Of a stretch of 64,000 nucleotides of DNA, positions 47,296 through 56,793 are shown piece after piece (within the stretch, counting starts at the first letter, position 1; every line of letters begins with the position of its first letter). The notes beneath the pieces were generated by a model. The model did not search any database. It was not told where the DNA came from and saw only the letters and a list, made by a program, of their open reading frames with translations. This stretch comes from an uncultured Acidimicrobiales bacterium (GTDB lineage: Bacteria; Actinomycetota; Acidimicrobiia; Acidimicrobiales; SZUA-35), in assembly GCA_938002965.1 (NCBI GenBank), contig CALKZY010000006.1, forward strand, positions 129,057-193,056, written 5' to 3'. The position numbers were made by a program, and so were the translations under genes.

Positions 47296-49935
47296 GTGAC
47301 AAGCAGTCAGCGGCTACCAGCTTCCAGGCCCGCTACGATCAAGATCGTGTCCGAGACAAACAAGCACCGTCTTCCCTCCACCGTTATTCCCAACGCTTAT
47401 GACCTGACGTTCGAGCCACATTTTGAACGCAAGACGTTCACGGGTCGGGTGTCGATCGATGCCACTGTTCAAGAAGCAACGTCCAGTATTGTCCTCAACG
47501 GCGAAGACCTTCAGGTCGATCTGGCCGCCGTCGTCGTCGGAGACAAGAGACACCCCTGCACTATCGAACTAGACGCAGAGAACGAACGAATCAAGCTCGA
47601 GACCGAGGAAGCCATTGAGCCGGGCTCGATCTCCGTTGAGCTTTCGTTTGCCGGATCGTTCAATGAGAGCCTGGTTGGCCCTTATCTGAGCACATTCGAG
47701 GACGTCGCCGGGGTCACCCGAACTCTTGCCACAACCCAGTTTCAGGCCACCCACGCACGAAAGTGTTTCCCCTGCTGGGACGAGCCAGATTTGAAGGCGA
47801 CGTTCTCTGTAACCCTCGTCGTACCCGAGGGGATGGACGGCGTTTCCAACGGTGCCGAAGCCCAGCGACTTGAACACGACGGCAAGCAGCACATTTCGTT
47901 CGCTCCAACCATTGCGATGAGCACTTATCTCGTTGCCTTCGTCATTGGGCCGATCGAAAAGTCTGCGCCGGTCGACGTCGACGGCGTTCCGCTTCGGATC
48001 GTGCACATCCCGGGCAAGGGACATCTGACCAACTTTGCCCTCGATGCTGGGGCCTTTGCCTTGAGATATTTCAAGGAGTACTTCGGTCTCCCGTACCCTG
48101 GCCAGAAACTCGACTTGGTCGCCATTCCCGACTTCGCCTTCGGGGCCATGGAAAACCTAGGCTGCGTGACCTTCCGGGAGACTCTCCTGCTGGTCGATCC
48201 CGATAGGGCAACTCAGCCGGAGCTACAGCGGGCTGCGGACGTAATCAATCACGAGTTGGCTCACATGTGGTTTGGCGACCTGGTCACGATGAAGTGGTGG
48301 AACGGCCTCTGGCTGAACGAAGCATTCGCCACCTTCATGGAGATGCGTTGCACCGACGCCTACCGGCCCGAGTGGGATCGATGGACGGACTTCGGCCTGT
48401 CCCGCTCAGCAGCGTTTGCCACCGACTCGTTAGCCTCAACCCGGCCCATCGAATACGAGGTCATCAGCCCGGTGGAAGCAGAGGGAATGTTCGACATCCT
48501 CACCTACGAAAAGGGAGCAGCCGTCGTTCGGATGCTCGAACAGTACCTAGGCGAAGAACCCTTCCGGGAAGGCATCCGCCGGTACATGCGCGAGCACCAA
48601 TTCGGTAATGCCGACACACCTGACCTGTGGGCGGCCATCGAAGCCGAAACCGGCGAGCCCGTCGCCGACATCATGCACAGCTGGATCTACCAAGGTGGGT
48701 ACCCACAGATCCACGTTGCGACGGCTCCGAACGGGACAACAACAATTCATCAACAGCCAGTGCAGCTCGACGGCGCCGACCCGGTTCCTCAGCAAGAGTG
48801 GCTTGTACCAGTCGAATATCGCTGGGTTGACGACAGCCTAAACAGCCACTGGGACGACAGTACCGTAACCAACCCGACTTCCATTCGGACCCTCCTGGGA
48901 CCGGAACCAATGAGTATCGGCGAAGCGCCGGTGACCGGAGCCAGCGCACTCGTCAACGCCATGAGTAGAGGCTTCTATCGGGTGAGCTACGACGATGAAG
49001 CTCGCGACAACCTGACTGACATCGCGGCTGACGCGCTCACTGCTGTCGAGCGCTATTCGCTGGTCGACGACTCCTGGGCCTCAGTTCTAACCGGCCAGAC
49101 TTCTGCCGTGTCGTTCCTCACTCTGCTTGAAGCGATGACCGGCGAATCCAACCGCTCTGTGTGGCAACGGATCATTGCCGGCTTCGGGAGTCTTAGGCGG
49201 CTCATCGACGGCGAAGCCCAAGAGCGACTGGAAGAGATCGCCCACGACGCTCTGGCACCCAACCTTGCGGGACTCGGCTTGGAGAGCCGCCCGGAGGACA
49301 CTGACCAGGAACGGCAACTGCGGGCCGACCTCTTCCGGGCCCTGGGCACCCTGGCCAATGATGCTGACATCCAAGAAGTAGCGAAACAGATCTCCGCTGA
49401 AGGTCTCCGGGACCCCGAGCTGGTCGATACATCTCTTCTAGCTGCGGCAACCGATGTCGTAGCTGCAGGCGGAGATCAAGCCGACTTCGACGACTTCCTC
49501 GAAGCCTCGCGTGCGGCCACCACTCCTCAGGCCGAGCTTCGCTACCTCGGCGCTCTCATGGACTTCCCATCTGTCGAGCAACAGTCGCGCATGTGGACGA
49601 TGATCACTGACGGCACAGTCAGAAGCCAAAATGGCCCACTGCTGCTCCGCCGAGGTCTGCTCAATGAGGAATGCGGCCGTCAGACCTGGGCCTTCATAGC
49701 CGACAACTGGGACGAACTGAACGATCTGTTCGCCTCGAGCCTGATTGTGAGGATGGTTGAGGGCGTTAATGTTCACAATCGTGCTTCCGATCAGGAAGCG
49801 GTGTCGGCCTTTTTCTCCAGTCATCACGTTCCAAGCGGCGAACGAACTCTGCATCAGATCCTCGAGCGCCAGCGGGTGAACGTTTCCCTTCGTTCGCGCC
49901 AGTCAGATTTGCTCGCTCGATTCCTGACCAGCTGA
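47296..49935 (+). CDS. pepN: Aminopeptidase N (M1 family)
   Basis: GAMEN exopeptidase motif (FGAMENLG) and zinc motif HELAHMWFGD-x18-E (NEAF). 879 aa. GTG start. Confidence 0.9.
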   Translation: MTSSQRLPASRPATIKIVSETNKHRLPSTVIPNAYDLTFEPHFERKTFTGRVSIDATVQEATSSIVLNGEDLQVDLAAVVVGDKRHPCTIELDAENERIKLETEEAIEPGSISVELSFAGSFNESLVGPYLSTFEDVAGVTRTLATTQFQATHARKCFPCWDEPDLKATFSVTLVVPEGMDGVSNGAEAQRLEHDGKQHISFAPTIAMSTYLVAFVIGPIEKSAPVDVDGVPLRIVHIPGKGHLTNFALDAGAFALRYFKEYFGLPYPGQKLDLVAIPDFAFGAMENLGCVTFRETLLLVDPDRATQPELQRAADVINHELAHMWFGDLVTMKWWNGLWLNEAFATFMEMRCTDAYRPEWDRWTDFGLSRSAAFATDSLASTRPIEYEVISPVEAEGMFDILTYEKGAAVVRMLEQYLGEEPFREGIRRYMREHQFGNADTPDLWAAIEAETGEPVADIMHSWIYQGGYPQIHVATAPNGTTTIHQQPVQLDGADPVPQQEWLVPVEYRWVDDSLNSHWDDSTVTNPTSIRTLLGPEPMSIGEAPVTGASALVNAMSRGFYRVSYDDEARDNLTDIAADALTAVERYSLVDDSWASVLTGQTSAVSFLTLLEAMTGESNRSVWQRIIAGFGSLRRLIDGEAQERLEEIAHDALAPNLAGLGLESRPEDTDQERQLRADLFRALGTLANDADIQEVAKQISAEGLRDPELVDTSLLAAATDVVAAGGDQADFDDFLEASRAATTPQAELRYLGALMDFPSVEQQSRMWTMITDGTVRSQNGPLLLRRGLLNEECGRQTWAFIADNWDELNDLFASSLIVRMVEGVNVHNRASDQEAVSAFFSSHHVPSGERTLHQILERQRVNVSLRSRQSDLLARFLTS

Positions 49936-49947
49936 GCCAAACGGCGC

Positions 49948-51090
49948 ATGTTTTCGCTTTCATCACCAGTCGGCGTGTTCTCAGTGGGTGCCACCTGGGC
50001 TCAAATAACCTGGGGAGCGCTTCCAACAGGATCAGTGACGATCGAGTGCGACTACCAAGTCGCCGTTCTCGAACACCCTGGTGGGCCGGGGTCTCACATC
50101 GTCGAGGGCCTGCCTTCGGGGTCGGGAACCGCCATCGTCGTGACCTCGCCGGACGGAACGAAAGTCCCCTTGACGGCAACCACCCTCGCCGCCCCGTGGG
50201 GCGACGAACTGACTCGGTTCGCCACCATAAGCGACCTCCACCTTGGCGCACACCGCTGGGGATTCTTCAAAACCATGACGGAGGCTGCCGGTCGGTTTGC
50301 CGACCCACACCCCACGAGGTGTGCCAAGGCAGCCATCAGCGAGGCGCAGAAATGGGGTGCCGACATGCTATTGATCAAGGGTGACGCCGCTCACCACGAA
50401 GACAAAGAGTGCTTCGACATTCTCGCCACTCTGGTGGACGAGTTCCCAGATCTCCCGATGATGCTCATCCCCGGTAATCACGATGTCGACGAAGGAGCCG
50501 ACAACCTGCCGACATCGCTCGGGCGGCGCGCCCTCAGCTACACAACCGCCGTCGACCACGTCGACCTGCCCGGCATCCGGGTCATTGCCGCCGATACCAC
50601 CAAACCCCTCTACGGCAGCGGGTCGTTGGCCAAAGTCTCCGGTGACATCCTGGAGCGAGCCGCCGAAGCCGATAGGCCGGTCTTTATCGGCCTGCACCAT
50701 CAGCTTCAAGCGACCAAAATTCCCCGGTACTACCCGAAGGGCATTCCAGCGCCCGAGTCGACTGACTTTCTAGACGACCTCAACGATGTTCAACCCAATG
50801 CCGTCGTCAGTTCCGGTCACACTCACCGCAATCGGGTGCGACGCCACGGCGATGCGCTGGTCACTGAGATCGCGTCAACCAAGGATTGGCCCGGCGTCTG
50901 GGGGGCCTACACCGTCCATGAGGGCGGTATCTGTCAAGCGGTTCGTCGGGTGAGCGAACCGTCGGCAATGGTATGGACCGAGTACAGCCAGCGGGCGGTC
51001 GCCGGACTGTGGTCCAAATGGTCCCCTGGGAAGCTGGAAGACCGGTGTCTAAGCCACGTTTGGGCTCGGGACCCGCACCTCGTCGGCTAG
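49948..51090 (+). CDS. Metallophosphoesterase (calcineurin-like) family protein
   Basis: SDLHLG, KGDAAHH, IPGNHD, GLHH and GHTHRN metal-ligand motifs in the canonical order. Confidence 0.75.
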   Translation: MFSLSSPVGVFSVGATWAQITWGALPTGSVTIECDYQVAVLEHPGGPGSHIVEGLPSGSGTAIVVTSPDGTKVPLTATTLAAPWGDELTRFATISDLHLGAHRWGFFKTMTEAAGRFADPHPTRCAKAAISEAQKWGADMLLIKGDAAHHEDKECFDILATLVDEFPDLPMMLIPGNHDVDEGADNLPTSLGRRALSYTTAVDHVDLPGIRVIAADTTKPLYGSGSLAKVSGDILERAAEADRPVFIGLHHQLQATKIPRYYPKGIPAPESTDFLDDLNDVQPNAVVSSGHTHRNRVRRHGDALVTEIASTKDWPGVWGAYTVHEGGICQAVRRVSEPSAMVWTEYSQRAVAGLWSKWSPGKLEDRCLSHVWARDPHLVG

Positions 51091-52836
51091 CGTCTCCTCA
51101 CACGACACGACGCCGGTAAGGCCGTCAACGTTGATGGTCATCCCGGTCGTGATCCGGTGACTAGCGCCGGCGGCACCTACCACCATTGGGGTACCAAGCT
51201 CACGGGCTACCACCACTGCGTGGGTGAACGGTCCACCGATATCGGTGATAACGGCCCCGGCAGCTACAAACAGCGCGGTCGCCACCAGCGACGGCTGATC
51301 CAACACGATGATCTCGCCCGGGCGGACCTCGGCCAGATCAGCATCGGTTTCAATAACTCGAGCAGTTCCTGACGCCATTCCCGGGCTGCCGGGTGAACCC
51401 AGAATGATGTCGCCAGGCTCTAGGTCGGTGCTCAAAGGCAGGCCGTAGCCGTGCTGCAGCCCGATGGCGGCACGGTTGTCATTCCCCGTGTCGTCTATGA
51501 CGTTCGGCAGTTCACGGGTTCGAACGACATCGTGCTCGGCCCGACGCAGCCCAGCCAGATGGCGGGTGTCTGCTAGGCCACCATCGGCGTAGTACTCGAC
51601 TTCTTCCGCCGTCAACATCCAGATCTCATCGGCCGACCCGAAGTCACCTCTGCGCTCACCGCGGACTCCGAGCTCACCAATGAGTTGACGCATGCGATGA
51701 ACCAGCCGCATCAGATGATTCCGGCATGTTTCCCGTCCGCGAAGAAAGACCGCTGAAGAGGCCACTGCCGACCGGAAAACCGGGCGGCGTTCCTCTGGCA
51801 GCGTTTCTGCTATTTCTGCCACCAACCGTTGTCGATCGGTCTCAAGGTGGCGCCTTCGAAGCTGGGGAGCCAGAGAATCGTCGCAATGGTACATACAACG
51901 AATCAAGGCCAAGACGATGTCGTGAGCTTCATCCCAGGTGGGGGAAGCCAGATCCCATTCGTTCGGGCCTCGGTGTCCGACCTCAGCCACCAATGCGTTC
52001 ACACCAGCGATGAGGGCCTTTGCCTCGGTCTGGTTGGAAAGCCGAAGGGCCTTGTCCAACCGGTCTAGGCCTTGGTCGAACAGCGACCGCAAACCGGGCG
52101 ATGTTCGCACCAGTCGAGACAGCTCCCACAGCGCAAGGGTGGGCGAAACAGGCTCGATCCGGCCGATACCGCTCAACAAACGAAGCGCATGCGCCGGCTG
52201 ACCCACCGAATTGCAGAACTCGTTGATAAGCATCGGGCCAACCGTCGTGGCCAGAAGCTGATTTAGCTGTTGATCGAACAGCGACCGGGTGAGGGGTTGG
52301 AGCGCCACGACAGCGTTGACTAGTTCGGTGTCGGACATCGACTCGAGGTCTAAAGCCGAGGCCAGCGTCCGGTCGACGGCTTCGCCAAGGTTCTCCAGCT
52401 CAACCTGATTGCGACTGTCCAGGACCCATCGATACCACTGGTCGAGCATTGCTGCAGTAACCGGGTCCGGGTCATGCCACTCCTCGTGACGGTGAACGGG
52501 AACGGGTCCCAGCTCGCCACCGAGAAGACGATCGATGTGACCCTCGTGCAGTTGCGGTGACCGGTGAGCCAACACTTTCAGGGTCGAAGCGTTGACGTAA
52601 GCATGCCCCCCACGACCACGAATGGTCTCAGGGAAGTCGGCGTTGATCTCAGTCTCATCAAAACCGAAGCGGTTGATCAGGGCGTCTCGCCAGCCCAAAG
52701 CAGCGCACGGCTCCCACAACAGTGTCCAACCAAGTGGGCTGGCCACCTCGGGCAGCATCTCACCGACGATGAAACGACTCCAGATCGGTAGGTGTGCGGT
52801 ACCAGGTTGTTCGGTTAGCCAACTGGGCTCAGGCAT
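51049..52836 (-). CDS. PEP-utilising-enzyme mobile (swivel phospho-His) domain protein with a large helical N-terminal domain; no ATP-grasp domain
   Basis: C-terminus: GMASGTARVI...IIVLDQPS...AVITDIGGPFTHAVVVARELGTPMVVG (phospho-His TH motif). The N-terminal ~480 aa is helical, reminiscent of the substrate-binding domain of rifampicin-phosphotransferase-like enzymes. I prefer the ATG at 52836. Confidence 0.65.
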   Translation of the reverse strand: MPEPSWLTEQPGTAHLPIWSRFIVGEMLPEVASPLGWTLLWEPCAALGWRDALINRFGFDETEINADFPETIRGRGGHAYVNASTLKVLAHRSPQLHEGHIDRLLGGELGPVPVHRHEEWHDPDPVTAAMLDQWYRWVLDSRNQVELENLGEAVDRTLASALDLESMSDTELVNAVVALQPLTRSLFDQQLNQLLATTVGPMLINEFCNSVGQPAHALRLLSGIGRIEPVSPTLALWELSRLVRTSPGLRSLFDQGLDRLDKALRLSNQTEAKALIAGVNALVAEVGHRGPNEWDLASPTWDEAHDIVLALIRCMYHCDDSLAPQLRRRHLETDRQRLVAEIAETLPEERRPVFRSAVASSAVFLRGRETCRNHLMRLVHRMRQLIGELGVRGERRGDFGSADEIWMLTAEEVEYYADGGLADTRHLAGLRRAEHDVVRTRELPNVIDDTGNDNRAAIGLQHGYGLPLSTDLEPGDIILGSPGSPGMASGTARVIETDADLAEVRPGEIIVLDQPSLVATALFVAAGAVITDIGGPFTHAVVVARELGTPMVVGAAGASHRITTGMTINVDGLTGVVSCEETLADEVRVPSPNVA

Positions 52837-53005
52837 CGTGCATCGTTCTGGACAAGAGGGAGCGTCAGCGGCCTCCCTGCCTGAGAGACAGGCCAAAGCG
52901 ACCGCTGCGCCCTCAAGAGTAGCGCACATTGATCATCCACGTACAGCCCTCACAGGCGACGTTCGAGGGTGTATCTGAACCGCCCGGTTACGGCGATAGG
53001 CGAAA

Positions 53006-53332
53006 CTACAGGCTCTTTACCAAGTCGTGGTAGCTGGCTGCCCGCTCGGCCCGCAAAGCCGATCGACGCTTCCAACCTTTCGTCTTCCAGACCTTGAACC
53101 GCCTCTGTTTGACCATCGGCATCGGCCGTTCAGCGGGATCGGCTTTTTGCGAGGTATGAACCGGCCTCGGCAATGCTAAATCGTCCGGTTCGTCTAGCTG
53201 GCGCAGCTCCGTGTGGGCGGCTCGGCGCACCTTGCGGTGCTCCTCCTGGCGCTGGTGGCGGCTTGGTCTATTGACGGCCGCTGCTCCTGGCTTCCGAAGA
53301 CGATTGGAGCGTGTACGAGAAGACATTGACAT
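53006..53332 (-). CDS. Hypothetical highly basic small protein
   Basis: 108 aa, Arg/Lys-rich, the only ORF in this gap. No motif was recognised. Confidence 0.3.
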   Translation of the reverse strand: MSMSSRTRSNRLRKPGAAAVNRPSRHQRQEEHRKVRRAAHTELRQLDEPDDLALPRPVHTSQKADPAERPMPMVKQRRFKVWKTKGWKRRSALRAERAASYHDLVKSL

Positions 53333-53551
53333 CCTTTCAGCTCACTTCAATGTGAGTAGTGGGTTCTCAGCGTCTGGCTGTACTAGATCATTCTTACTCA
53401 TTTCCATCCGGAGCGCCAGAGCAGGTCGGCTCATTTCTAGAGAATCAGAAGCACCACGCGTCGACACGCAGATCGCCCCGATGCGCTCCAAGGCCGTCGG
53501 GTGCAACCGCCCGGCAAAGTCACTCACCTACAGTGTGTGGTTGTGTCGGCG

Positions 53552-54310
53552 ATGTTCGTTTCAGCGGTCCTACCAGCCCAAGGTGCAGTCTCCGCCCCCG
53601 AGCTGACTGATCTGCAGGCTTCACGGCTGGTGACGCTGTTCTGGCTGGCAGTAGCGGCCAGCATCATCTTGCCCCGACTTCCCTTCGGGCGAAGGTTGCT
53701 GTATCCCTTCGCTCTACTCAGTACGTGGGTACATGAGATGGGCCACGGGCTGGCCGCCATCGCCGTTGGTGGAAGGTTCCATCGCCTCGAGATTTATCCA
53801 AACCTCGGCGGGCAGGCGCTCTCCTCTGGCGTGTACGGCGTCGGACGGGCCATCGTGTCGGCCGGTGGGCTGCTCGGCCCGGCTCTAGCGGGGGGTGCGA
53901 TAATTATCTCGGGCTCTCGGCAACAAACCGCCCAATGGATCCTCACATTCGTGGCGGCAGCCGTGTTCTTGTCGCTCGTGGCGTTCGTTAGAAACCTTTA
54001 CGGCTGGCTCTCGCTGGGAGCGATCGCCTTGGTCCTGGTTCCGATCGCTCTTTACGCTCCCGTCGAGGCCAGGATTTTTCTAGCCCAGTTGATCGGCATC
54101 CAATTCTGCCTGGCCTGTTGGGGCAGCCTTGACTACATGTTCACCAAGAACTTCTACCGTGACGGACGAGTTCTCAACTCCGATACCGAGGAGATCGCCA
54201 AGGTCCTGGTTCTGCCATACTGGTTCTGGGGAGGCTTGATCGCCTTGATTTCGCTCGGTGTGGTTGTGGGTTCGTTTTATCTGGCCTGGGTGCTACCAAC
54301 CGCGACTTGA
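53552..54310 (+). CDS. M50B-like integral membrane metallopeptidase
   Basis: HEMGH (HExxH) inside a TM helix (STWVHEMGHGLAAIAVGG) with multiple TMs. The start is uncertain (53501-53552). Confidence 0.7.
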   Translation: MFVSAVLPAQGAVSAPELTDLQASRLVTLFWLAVAASIILPRLPFGRRLLYPFALLSTWVHEMGHGLAAIAVGGRFHRLEIYPNLGGQALSSGVYGVGRAIVSAGGLLGPALAGGAIIISGSRQQTAQWILTFVAAAVFLSLVAFVRNLYGWLSLGAIALVLVPIALYAPVEARIFLAQLIGIQFCLACWGSLDYMFTKNFYRDGRVLNSDTEEIAKVLVLPYWFWGGLIALISLGVVVGSFYLAWVLPTAT

Positions 54311-54333
54311 TCGGCGATGCCATGGACACTCGG

Positions 54334-55398
54334 TCAAACGGTCGGTGCCTCTGTAGGTTCTTCTCGGCGACCATCAGGATGGACAGCGAACCGACCGGCG
54401 GTCCGTGGATGAACCGGATCATCCCGCCCCCACGGCCAACCCCCGAATCGGGTCGATTGGTAGTCCGCTACCGCCTGCTCTAACCCGGAACGGTCGTTCA
54501 TGACGAACGGACCGTATTGCGCCACAGGCTCACCGATCGGCCGGCCCTGCAACAAGATCATCGAAACCCCTCGACCATCAGCCGTCATCGACAGCCGGTC
54601 GGCCGGAACCTCGACACCATGCCCTGAGGCCAACGTATGGCCGCCACCATGACCCCCAGCTTCGGTATCGCCTGCGCTGCCTTCGTCGCCCGCTATCGAG
54701 AGGCTGGATCCGGCGTAGGCGTACAGCATGCGCTCGACTCCCTCAGCGGCGGCAGGCATGACCCATCGGGCATCAGGAGACATTTCGATATGCCAGATGG
54801 CAACGCCGGACGAACCGTCAGCCGCCCATGAGTCTGGAGGTGGTGGCGCCGCCACCACCTCGTTGTACGAACCAGCGATGGTGGTAATCCTGGTCACCGC
54901 TCCTTGTTCATCGGTCGCAATGTGGGCAGGGGTTGACTCCGACCACATCATGGTGAAGTACGGGTCGACCATCTTCCTGGCCTGTGGCAGATTCAGCCAG
55001 ATCTGAAATAGTTCAAGTGGATTGGCGGCCTCATGGTGCAACAGCGGAAACATCTCGCTGTGCACGATTCCAGCACCAGCCGTCATCCATTGGGTGTCCC
55101 CGGGACCGAACCTAGCTGTCGCACCCAACGAATCAGAGTGATCTATTGCCCCAGCTCGCAGGTGCGTGACTGTTTCGAAACCTCGATGAGGGTGCTGAGG
55201 AAAGCCCGGCACACCCGAACCGTGATACATATTCCACCCGTCGATACCGGCGAAGTCGTTACCGATAGATCGCCCTGTCAGTGAGGCGACCGGCCTCATC
55301 TCATCGTCGCCAAGCGGGTAGGCATCGTTGTGGTGCGCTACGAAGAGAAACGGATCTTTGGTCGGCCATTGATCACCAATGGCAAAGGGCTTCCACAT
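54334..55398 (-). CDS. Pirin-family bicupin protein (long form)
   Basis: GFPQHPHRGFETVTHL..G.IDHSDS.G, then a second cupin domain. It is a paralogue of 8719-9456. Confidence 0.8.
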   Translation of the reverse strand: MWKPFAIGDQWPTKDPFLFVAHHNDAYPLGDDEMRPVASLTGRSIGNDFAGIDGWNMYHGSGVPGFPQHPHRGFETVTHLRAGAIDHSDSLGATARFGPGDTQWMTAGAGIVHSEMFPLLHHEAANPLELFQIWLNLPQARKMVDPYFTMMWSESTPAHIATDEQGAVTRITTIAGSYNEVVAAPPPPDSWAADGSSGVAIWHIEMSPDARWVMPAAAEGVERMLYAYAGSSLSIAGDEGSAGDTEAGGHGGGHTLASGHGVEVPADRLSMTADGRGVSMILLQGRPIGEPVAQYGPFVMNDRSGLEQAVADYQSTRFGGWPWGRDDPVHPRTAGRFAVHPDGRREEPTEAPTV

Positions 55399-55480
55399 GG
55401 TTTCCAGGATAAGTCCAACGAGAGCAACCGAACGGACCCGTGCGCCACATCGAAACCTGTTGCCCGTGCCACATCACAGG

Positions 55481-56056
55481 TCAGGTTCGAGCACTTCGTT
55501 CGCCTGAGACGGCGAAGCCCGCTGCCACCAACATGACGCTCATGGCCAGCAGCGTCCCTAACACCCAGGTGGAGAACTGAGCCACTCCGACGAAGGCAGC
55601 CAACGTGGCCAACGACACTGCAACACTGAGACCCACGGCGCTGTTCTCGAAGCGGGCCATGACGACCGAGAAAACGGCAACGCAGATCAGGAGCCCGGAC
55701 AGGATCCATTCGGCCGGTTGCCCGGCAATCAACAGACTGGCACCCACGATCCCTCCGACTAAGAGACCGGGGTACAACCCCCCGTCGATCGTGTTCGAGC
55801 TCCCGCTTGCTTTGGCCCGCTTCATGACCCGACCGAGAGCGGCGATGCTGACAACCGAGCCTGTAGCGAGAATGAAAACAAGACTTACAGCGTCTCCCAC
55901 GACGTAGCGAACGGCGACAAACAGCCCAAACAAACCGAACAGGATCAGCCCAGCGCTGTGAACACCGGCCCGCATCGGTGAAAGACGAGTGATGACAGCC
56001 CGGTTCACCTCGGGCGAAGATAAAGATGGGGGTAGGTTCGTGTTTAGATCGGCCAT
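55481..56056 (-). CDS. Hypothetical integral membrane protein (about 5-6 TM)
   Basis: Hydrophobic profile only. The overlapping 254-aa ORF in another frame is Arg/Cys-rich and was rejected. Confidence 0.5.
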   Translation of the reverse strand: MADLNTNLPPSLSSPEVNRAVITRLSPMRAGVHSAGLILFGLFGLFVAVRYVVGDAVSLVFILATGSVVSIAALGRVMKRAKASGSSNTIDGGLYPGLLVGGIVGASLLIAGQPAEWILSGLLICVAVFSVVMARFENSAVGLSVAVSLATLAAFVGVAQFSTWVLGTLLAMSVMLVAAGFAVSGERSART

Positions 56057-56235
56057 CGGCGAGTAGCCGCCAAGACGTACAGAAGAAGCCGGTTGACGGC
56101 ACGACGAGGCGGCATTGAGTCGAGACTACATCGGCGACCTAGCCGATGGGCGGACCTCTCACTTACCCCCAGAAGTCGACCCGATCGCCATCGGGAAACT
56201 CCGACAATCGGGTTCAAAGTGGAGTCGGCAAGCCC

Positions 56236-56793
56236 TCAATCCATAAGGTCAAGGAGGGCGGGTAGAACCAGCTGCAATGAGTCCGGGCACACCGGTCGAC
56301 CATTTACCCAGCCAGCGATTTCGCCGAGAGGAACCTCGTCCACGGCTACGACTTCCCCGTCGAGGCAGGCAACGTCAGCCTGACTTCGGGCCAAGAAGAT
56401 CCGCCCGAAGGAGTGATTGTCGGCATCCTGGTACTGTCCATCAGCCAGCAGCGAGAGCTCCGCCTCGACTCCGGCCTCCTCCTTCAACTCCCGTTTCGCC
56501 GACTCGTACCAGTCCTCGCCAGCGCTACAAACCCCGCCAAAGGCGATATCCCAGTAGCCGGGGTAAACGTCCTTCCACAGCGCCCGCTGGTGGACGACGA
56601 CGAGGTCATCACTGTGAAGTCGGCCGGTCCCGCCAGGCCCGGACGCCGGTTTCTGAACAGCACGCACCAACGCTACATAGGTGGCCCGATGAGGGAGCTG
56701 CTCGGCCCGCATACGACTCCTGGATGCTCTTCCAACGACACGACCGTCCTCGTCGAGGACGTCGATCAACTCGTCGCCACCGCCGAGCGGCAT
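56236..56793 (-). CDS. NUDIX hydrolase
   Basis: Nudix box GGVCSAGEDWYESAKRELKEEAGVE. The ATG at 56793 overlaps the stop of the upstream reductase gene (ATGA). Confidence 0.8.
   Translation of the reverse strand: MPLGGGDELIDVLDEDGRVVGRASRSRMRAEQLPHRATYVALVRAVQKPASGPGGTGRLHSDDLVVVHQRALWKDVYPGYWDIAFGGVCSAGEDWYESAKRELKEEAGVEAELSLLADGQYQDADNHSFGRIFLARSQADVACLDGEVVAVDEVPLGEIAGWVNGRPVCPDSLQLVLPALLDLMD

Noticed and set aside
55338-56102. A 254-aa ORF overlapping the 55481-56056 membrane-protein ORF on the same strand in another frame
   Set aside because: Its Arg/Cys/Ser-rich composition has no motif. The alternative frame gives a coherent multi-TM protein.
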